Source: Selaginella moellendorffii (Eukaryota > Plantae > Lycopodiophyta). Taken from it: a stretch of DNA of 64,000 nt. The stretch is from contig NW_003314269.1 in the NCBI RefSeq assembly GCF_000143415.4, positions 2,969,060-3,033,059 of the forward strand, written 5' to 3'. This document shows, in pieces, positions 55,857 to 64,000 of the stretch. Positions within the stretch are counted from its first letter, which is position 1, and the number at the start of each line of letters is the position of its first letter. The position numbers were made by a program, and so were the translations under genes. The notes under the pieces were generated by a model. It searched no databases, was not told the origin of the DNA, and saw only the letters and a list, made by a program, of their open reading frames with translations.

Positions 55857-58799
55857 ATGCCAGAGCTGCGTAGCGGGGCGCGCACTCCAGCTGCTGGCAC
55901 GCGTGTAGAGGACAAGGCGGCCAACACCACACGAAGGACGACGAGGCGGGGCGCGGCTGCTGCCGCCGCGGCAGCGGCTGCTACTCCGAGGAAGAGGGCT
56001 ACTGCCGCTCGACGAGAAGAAGAGGAGGAACAAGGCGCCGCCGTGAGGCCACGAGGCAAGCGTGCCGCAGCGCCCAAGGCTACCAGGGGTCGTGGGAGAG
56101 GCAGGGGTAAACAAGTCGCTGCTCGGCCGCAGGTATTGGTGCAACCACCGGAGCCCGCTGCCGCTGATCAGGGCGAGGAAGAGGAGCTTCCTGACTTGGA
56201 AAAGGGGAGTGGGGCTGCTGCCGTAAGGGAAGAGCACCAGATGGAGGAGGAGAGCGCTGGGAGAAGCGGGGACAAGGTTGCCGAAGGCGAAGAGAACGCG
56301 TCACCGCTTCCGGAGAGAGTAAGTCCTTTCGCGAAATACAAAATGTGGGCAAAGCTAATACGAGTTTGTGGCTTGCAGGTCCAAGTTGGAGGCTCTCCTG
56401 TATATAAGATCGAGAGGAAGCTTGGAAAAGGTGGCTTTGGTCAAGTATATGTAGGACGGAGGCTTAGTGGCGGCTCGGAACGTACAGGCCCTCAGGCTGT
56501 TGAGGTAGACTGTTCGAAGATTTTCTCAGTTGGATTGCTCTTTTCTCAGCGGCTGATCAAAGATGTTGTCAGGTTGCTTTGAAGTTTGAACACAGAAGCA
56601 GTAAAGGATGCAACTATGGGCCTCCGTATGAGTGGCAAGTTTACACGTATGTAGCATTGTTTTGGCTTTTTTTTTCTTTGTGTTTTGTTTCTAAGCTATC
56701 GTGTTTTATGTTTGCAGCACACTTGGTGGCAGCTATGGCGTGCCTCGAGTGCACCATAAGGGGCGTCAAGGAGATTACTACGTAATGGTTATGGACATGC
56801 TTGGGCCTAGCTTGTGGGATGTTTGGAACTCGTCAGGACAAGCGTAAGTAGCTCTTTCGCCTCCCTCGTCCTAATCTGCCAATTTTTTTAACAGCATGTC
56901 TACTGAAATGGTTGCCTGTATTGCGGTGGAGGCTATTTCGATACTTGATAAAATGCATTCGCGGGGCTATGTTCACGGAGATGTGAAGCCAGAGAACTTC
57001 TTGCTAGGTCAACCTGGTACTGTTGACGAGAAGAAGTTGTTCCTTGTGGATCTAGGGTTAGGTAGGCACTTCCTTCTAGTTACCACTGCATGTTTTCATG
57101 TTAACGTTTTGTTCGTTCTGCTCCAGCAACAAGATGGAGAGAGTCAGAAAGTGGGAGTCATGTCGATTATGACCAGAGGCCCGATGTTTTTCGGTATGTA
57201 CAGGTGCTTGTCAAAGACGTTCTAAGTTTCTCTCTTTGTTGCAGTGGAACTGTGCGGTATGCAAGCGTGCATGCACATTTGGGTCGCACTGGCAGTAGAC
57301 GAGATGATCTGGAATCGCTTGGATACACGCTAGTGTTTCTCCTTCGTGGTCGGCTTCCTTGGCAAGGATACCAGGTCAGGCTGTTTTAATATTTTAGTTT
57401 TATTGTTTTACATGGGCGCTTTTATAGGGAGACAATAAAGGATTTCTGGTCTGCAAAAAGAAAATGGCCACGTCCCCGGAGATGTTGTGCTGTTTCTGCC
57501 CGCCTCCATTCAAGCAGTTTTTGGAAATCGTTGTAAATATGAAGTTCGATGAAGCACCAAACTACGCGAAGCTTATCAGTCTTTTTGACGGCGTCTTGGG
57601 GCCTAACCCTGCTGTCAGGCCTATTAGCACGGAAGGTGCATTGAAGGTATGCGGTTTTTAACTTTGATCGTATTGGTCATAAGGTTTGTTTCGTTCTCAG
57701 GTTGGTCAGAAACGGAATAGGCTGGCTGTGGAAGAAGATGACGACGATCAGCCCAAAAAGAAAATCCGACTTGGGCTTCCAGCAACTCAATGGATTACCG
57801 TCTACAATGCACGCAGGGCGATGAAGCAGAGGTAAAAACTGTTTTTAATGGTATGCCTCTGAAGCTGGAGGTTTTGTTGCTTTTATAGGTACCACTATAA
57901 TGTAGCCGATTCTCGTTTAGCTCAACATGTGGAGAAAGGCAACGAGGATGGGCTTTACATCAGTAGCGTGGCTTCGTGCTCAAATCTCTGGGCGCTGATT
58001 ATGGACGCGGGAACAGGCTTTCAATCTCAAGTGTACGAGCTCTCCAACGTCTTCCTTCACAAGGTTAGCACATCTTGCTTAACTTTAGTAATCTTCATAG
58101 CTCATTCTCCTCGGCAGGAGTGGATCATGGAACAATGGGAGAAAAACTTCTACATTAGTGCCATTGCAGGAGCCAACAACGGCAGCTCGCTGGTTGTCAT
58201 GTCAAAAGGTATTGTCGCTGTTATTGATGGCCACTGGCATTGTTGCTGACGCGTGATTCCCCCGCAGGGACACCATACACGCAACAATCGTACAAAGTGA
58301 GCGATTCATTTCCGTTCAAGTGGATCAACAAAAAGTGGAGGGAAGGGTTTTACGTGACTTCCATGGCGACCGCTGGAACCCGCTGGGGAGTGGTCATGTC
58401 GAGAAACGCTGGTTTCACGGACCAGGTCTGTTAATCCATTCGGGCTTCGCACACTTGTTTGACAGCGCTATGCATGACACAGGTAGTGGAGCTGGATTTC
58501 CTCTATCCCAGCGAAGGCATCCACCGGCGGTGGGATTGTGGATATCGCATCACCGCCACTGCGGCAACTTGGGATCAAGCAGCATTCGTATTGAGCGTGC
58601 CGCGGAGAAAGCCTGCCGACGAGACACAGGAGACACTGAGAACATCGGCCTTTCCTAGCACGCATGTGAAGGTCCACAACACTGCCTTAATTGTTTTCTC
58701 TTCTGGGATCTTACTGACGCACGCCATTGTTCCTCGCAGGAGAAGTGGTCCAAGAACCTCTACATCGCGGCTGTGAGCTATGGACGCACCGTCTCGTAA
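55857..58799 (+). CDS. Plant-specific casein kinase 1-like kinase (MLK/PPK/AEL/HD16 family), multi-exon
   Basis: MPELRSGAR start; [52 protein letters not shown]-terminal repeats ending YGRTVS*. Confidence 0.96.
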
Positions 58800-60278
58800 T
58801 TTAAAGGATGGGGAGGGTGCATAGCACAACCTTGTGGCTCGCCATCTCTCCTCTCTCTCTCTCGCTCGCTCGCAATTACAGCGTAAGCGCGTAGGCATTT
58901 TTATATATGCTGTTTAACAGTGTGGTGGTCGGAATCTACCTCTGGTGCTAACGGCGACAGCTTTCTCTTTCTAATGCAAGCGTATAAAAGGAGAGCACTT
59001 CCAGTGTGAAAAGTAAAATCAATGTGTATCTTATCTGCTTTTTATGGTAACAAAAAAGGTGGCAACCCTAAAGGCACCGCATCTGTGGTACATGGGACGG
59101 CTGGCAGTTAAATTTTGGAAGTGTGAACAGATTCTGGTGCTCAGGATAAATCGATTTCGATTTCTTCTGCTCTGTCTTTAGGTACAAATTGTAGGGCTCG
59201 AGATTCACAGAATATAGAAGAAGAGGGGCACGAATTTCAATGTTGTGTTGGCCTGCAATCTGAATGTGTCTGAAAGTGTGCTTTGTTGAGGCTCAAGTTT
59301 CCCACCAGTAGCATGTCCCATTCACAGCCATATATGCTCTCTCTATTTATACACAAGCAGCTGCAGCGGCTATGTAGAGCAAGATTGCTGGTGTGTATCT
59401 TATACCATGAGCTCTTTTTATACACAGATTTGGGAAGAAGCAATAAGATAAAACATGTGAAAAGGAGAGGTACACACTAGAGGAGCCTATGGAATAGGTG
59501 GCCCAGTGGCTAACCTCTAGGTTGAGTCAGATGAGAAAAGGGCAGCTCCCCCAGAGACAGATTCATACAACACATATCAATCAATCAATCAGAGACTGGG
59601 TGTTGGTGAGGAGGGAAAAAAACTAGATTAAAAGTGTATAAAGAAGGAGGAAAGAAAGGAGAGAGAGATGATCAGGTGAAGTTTGTTAAAATTTGTAGCT
59701 TTAGGGAGCCCAAGTGGATTGTCTGGACTCAGCACACACACTGCATTGCATCATGGTGTAACAATGTGAAGGCACAGGTGCAAGAAAGGAGGCTCAGCAG
59801 TGATATTAGGATCCAGGAAAGATGGTTTAGTAGCTGGTAACCATTTGTCATCAGATTGGTGTTGATTAAAGTCTGTGTTCTTTTGTTTGTTCAATGTGGC
59901 AAGGCAGCCCAAGAGGGAGACATGATGCAAAGACTGGCAGCAAGGAGGAACGGGGCTTGGAAGGAGGAGAAGAAAGGTTGGATGTGCCAGTTATTATGAC
60001 TTCAAGGGGAGATCATAGCGTTTCTTGAGAGTTTGGGAGTTTTTTTCTGTCTTTCTCTGTATGGTGTGTCCTCTTCTGTTGTAGGCAGTAATTGTTTTTG
60101 GAGCTCATTCCATATATGCATGATCTCTTGGGTAGAAATCAGCAGCAGAAGGGAACAAACAGGAGCAGGAGGCAGGGCAGACAAATAGCATCTTGAACAG
60201 GGAAGGAAGAAAAAGAAAACAGGAGAGATTGATTCTTTTTTCTCCTTCTCTCATTAATAACAAGGATGCCAGTGTAGC

Positions 60279-60966
60279 ATGTTGGTGAAGTTGAGCACAA
60301 TTCTCTTCATTTTTTTGGTCAGCTGCTGCGAGACAACGGGCAGGCCAGGTAAAAAAATTCTCCTCCTTGAAAACTTTCGGACAAAACCTCTTCCTCTTTC
60401 TGGTTCTTGTAGCTTGGGAGAATGGATTTGTAGGACCTCATGACACCTCCTCACTGCAAGTAAGAAATCAAGTGAGTGAAACAACCTTTCAAAAACTCTG
60501 TGGATCGAAAAACTTACTTTGTTTTTCCCCGTTTCTTTTCCTGTTTCCGTTGGTTTCTCAGCAGCAAGCAGCAGCGCGAAGAACAGCAGCATCGAGGATC
60601 GGATCGCGGCCCCCGAGCTGCATCAACAAGTGTGACTCGTGCACTCCATGCCAGGCCGTCCAGGCGAGCCAGCAAAGCCTGGCCGAGATGAGCAGCAACA
60701 TCGGATCTCGGCCTCCGAGCTGCCAGAACAAATGCAACCGATGCATCCCGTGCCAGGCAGTGCAAGTCCCCACGCCCATCGAGCGCAAATCCCCGGTCGT
60801 ACCACGGAAGCGAGAACATCGCCGAGAACACCGCCAAGAACACGAACACCAACAAGAACAACACCAAGAACACCACCAACATCACCAACAGGTCAGTGTT
60901 GAGTACTCCAACTACAAACCCGAGGGCTGGAGGTGCAAGTGTGGCAACAAGCTGTTCAATCCGTGA
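60279..60966 (+). CDS. EPFL: EPIDERMAL PATTERNING FACTOR-like secreted peptide precursor (EPFL1/2-type), 3 exons, with internal duplication
   Basis: Signal peptide MLVKLSTILFIFLVSCC; two IGSRPPSCxNKCxxCxPCQAVQ units; C-terminal YSNYKPEGWRCKCGNKLFNP*. Confidence 0.9.
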
Positions 60967-61430
60967 ATCGCTACTGCTACTATGCTACTACTGCTATATT
61001 ACTACTCCCTTCTTCGTTTTCTTCATCGATCATAGAAATCATAGATTGAGATGAGATATTTTAATAAGTATGTGCTCTAACCGTAACTGTGTTTCTAGAC
61101 GAGGGAAAGAATCTAGTTTGAGAAATCCGAGGCGATGTAGCTAATGTACATTTGAAGAAAATAGAGAGGAAGGATCACATTCTCTTAGTTTTCTCTTACA
61201 AAAGAGTGTTCTAGTCTAATAGAGTTTCTAAAGGAAGCCTCTAAAGGCTATCTATGAGATAGATTGTCTATAAAGAAGCTACATTGATGTGCCTCCCTGA
61301 GATACAGCAATGTTCTGTGAATGTGTGGTACATGGGACAGAAATTTTACCCGGTGTTTTTGTCTTTACCCATGAGTAAAGAGTTTGCTATCTTAAGTAAT
61401 AGGGCTTTGGCGATTAGGGTTTATTGGAAG

Positions 61431-63678
61431 ATGGGGGGTGATGGTGCTAGTGCTGGCGATGGCGAGGAATCGGCGCTGCGCGTGGCTGGTGCTTGGTCCG
61501 GCATCCTCCGCGTCCCGATCCAGAGGTGGAGCGTCGCGGAATTGCGCGCAGAGGCGTCCCGGGTGTCAGGTTTCGATGTCCAGTCGATCAATCTTATCAG
61601 CGCGGGCAGGAATCTCAGGGACGCCGATAATCTGCGCGATCTGGGCCTACATGCGAATTCCAAGCTGCTGATGACCCGGATTGGGAGGGAGCAAGCGGCG
61701 CCGGTGATTCGCGAGTGTGAGAAAGCCGAGCGGCTCGCAAGGATCAGGTGGGAAAAAATTCCTTTTGCATCGATCGGTTCTTTGAAAGCGTGGTTTCGTG
61801 CTCTGGCAGAGCTGCTGCGGAGGCTATGGCCAGCAGAAGCAACGAAGATTTCTCATCGATGGGTGACTACGATCTCTCTCTTTTCAATCAAAATGGCGAA
61901 GCTTTGCATTTCAAAAGTGACAGTGATAGAAGGTGGGCTTGAGTTGGATCATGCAAGCACTGACCACCTTTGTGTTCGTATGAATTTGTTTTCTCAGGGC
62001 TCTCGTGATGGGTCTGATACTTCATGCAAAGGCCCGGAAGCTCATCGAAGCAAGCCAGTACAGGGAAGCATTGGAAGTCCTGGCATTTGCAGAGGTAAGG
62101 ATTAGCAATGCTTGAGATAATTCTCTCACTCTCTTTCCACAGGAATCGTTTTTATTGTGCGACAGGAGTATGATCGAGGTAATACCCCAACTGTTTACTT
62201 CTTCCTTCGCCTAGAGACTTTACACTTCTTTTCAGCATGTCGACAATCTGCCATTCTTACAAATTGACATGGTGTGGTGCTTGTTCATGTTGCGTGACAT
62301 TGGAGGACTCGGTGTTGCTAAAGAGCGACTGGCCGAAGCACGGAGAGGACTCAAACGTGCGCACGGCGCAAATCTGGAGCGCTTGCGTGTTTTACAAGGA
62401 GGATTCTGTCCAGAGCTCGCTATGTATGGCCTTTGGAGTCAGACTGGTCGCGTGCAAAAGTCCTTCGTGTTTTTTTTTTCTTTTTTCTTTCTGGTGCCTC
62501 ATTATCTTTTACTTTCGGATTCGTGTCTTGGCTTTTAGACCCATGATCTGATATCTTTCTTCTCTTTGCTTTCGTAGATATGTTCGGCTGGAGCTGCTAG
62601 AAGGCGTTGTGGCCTTCCACAGTGGACTCGTCGACGCTGCACGCGCGTCGCTTGAAGCCGCCCAGCAAAAGTTTATCAAGGTACGATTTTCCTGTCACTT
62701 GTGACCCTTGAAAGTTTAATCTTTTATACAGCTGCAAGTACCTGATGAATCTTTGGTAATACTAGCTGATATGGGATTCACTACGAAGGAAGCGAAGCGG
62801 GGCTTGAGAGTGTCGGGGCAAGATGTGGACCGTGCTGTGGAGTTTGTCATGGAGCAAAGGGATATCGAGAAACGGAAACGTGCCGAAGACGAACAACACA
62901 GAAAGAACTTGCGGTGAGCAGAGTGAGAATTCGTGGCATTATTAACTAACACTCGTTCTAATCATGCGTCAAAGCGAGCAAAGGCGTTACGGGAAAACCA
63001 GATCGGGCAAGGCAGTGGATTTGAAGCAGCTAAATGAACTAGTCCCCCTTGGGTACGCTCTTGGTGACTTCTAAAGCTGAGCTTTTGTTTTCTTTTTGTT
63101 CTCGTCAGATATGACAAGCTTCTGATTGCTGAAGCGCTCAAGCAAACTGACAATAACACCGGCCTGGCGATCGACATTCTTACCAATCCAGCGCATCTGG
63201 AAGCTCTGCAGTCGGCGCTTTCTTCCTCCACGACGCGGAGGGGGGTTAGCCACGCCGACGTGTCGGCCTTGATGCAAATGGGCTTCTCCAGGGAGAGAGG
63301 TAAATCCATGAACGAGTGGTGGACTTTACAGAGTTTTTCATGTCGTGTGTTACAGCCACCGCTGCTCTTCAGTCATCGGGTGGTGTGGCCCAGGCCTTGG
63401 AAAAGCTTATTGCGGAGGGAAACAGTAGCAATGAAGCGGCAGTGATGGGTGAAGGACAAGAAGATGAAGAACAACAAGAACAAGCACAAGAACACGGGGC
63501 TGCTGCCGAGGAGGATCAAGCACAAGTTCGCGATGTAGAAATGGAAGATGAGATGGCAGGGAACGTGACAGGAGATGCTTACGAGGAGTATGATCTAGAA
63601 GTAACTCTAGAAGGCAATGCTATTGCCGAGTATTTAAGTTTGGTGGAAGGAAGCTCGTCACAGCCATTGCGAGCTTAG
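61431..63678 (+). CDS. NUB1: NEDD8 ultimate buster 1 (UBL plus UBA domains), multi-exon
   Basis: LRVAGAWSG...INLISAGRNL UBL; LQIDMVWCLFMLRD, GLKRAHGANLERLRVLQGGFCPELA, RLELLEGVVAFHSG; UBA motifs LADMGF and LMQMGF; telo-box attagggttt upstream. Confidence 0.93.
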
Positions 63679-63796
63679 ATTTTCAAGTTAGATTCTTTCC
63701 AAGATGATATACACAAAAGGTTTTAAGCTTCTCCATCCAAATGTATTAGAGCGTGTTATGATTCAAAAGAACTAGTGACCCTGTGATTTTGATCTC

Positions 63797-64000
63797 CTAT
63801 GCTGGTGGAGCTTCTCCAACTGGGGGTGCTTCCTCGGGAGGAGGAAGCTGCAATTGGAGCTCCTCAAACTGTGGATCCAAAGGAAGCATATGAGTCACGA
63901 TTTGATAATCCGTAGGCGAGTTCTACCTTTCTACCAAGCTCTTCGTGCGCCGCGACTAGCTCATTGTATTTAAGCTGGAGCTCGTCCCTCTCACCCTTCA
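63797..64000 (-). CDS. MYCBP: 3' end of a c-Myc-binding protein (AMY-1) homologue, partial
   Basis: KGERDELQLKYNELVAAHEELGRK|FEELQLQLPPPEEAPP...* resembles the plant MYCBP coiled coil (DLQIKYNEL). Confidence 0.6.

Noticed and set aside
55292-56237. 240-261 aa minus-strand ORFs
   Set aside because: Antisense to the GC-rich 5' region of the CK1-like gene; low complexity, no motifs
58900-60260. Long purine-rich non-coding region as possible miRNA locus
   Set aside because: No recognisable mature miRNA or clear hairpin; best explained as EPFL regulatory region

Overview
Eukaryotic, very gene-dense plant DNA with short (about 50-90 bp) spliceosomal introns. The gene content (an intronless microbial-type terpene synthase, a bifunctional diterpene synthase matching miltiradiene synthase, S-motif-rich PPR genes, a centriolar OFD1 homologue) points to the lycophyte Selaginella, most likely S. 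moellendorffii (inference). About 20 apparently intact genes: MED28 (partial), ZNF830-like, OFD1-like, TIM23, an orphan membrane protein, DUF630/632, DUF2301, a hevein-EG45 fusion, MTPSL, two PLS-PPRs, F-box/LRR, VPS13X-like, UPF1-like helicase, ERN-like ERF, MDS, FKBP16-4, arginase, MLK/HD16-type CK1, EPFL, NUB1 and MYCBP (partial). An AT-rich, fast-turnover island (about 11.4-24.6 kb) holds the hevein-EG45 fusion, the MTPSL, PPR debris and an inverted pseudogene copy of MDS. Most notable: (1) microbial-type and plant-type terpene synthases co-located with MDS duplication relics; (2) a chitin-binding hevein domain fused to an EG45/natriuretic-peptide-like domain rather than barwin; (3) an EPFL peptide precursor with a duplicated four-Cys half-domain and a His/Glu/Gln loop; (4) a 98-bp TG...CA insertion carrying a tRNA T-arm; (5) extreme compaction, with 47 bp between divergent start codons and 6 bp between convergent stop codons. 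Family assignments are from recalled motifs, not database searches, and exon boundaries are inferred by eye.
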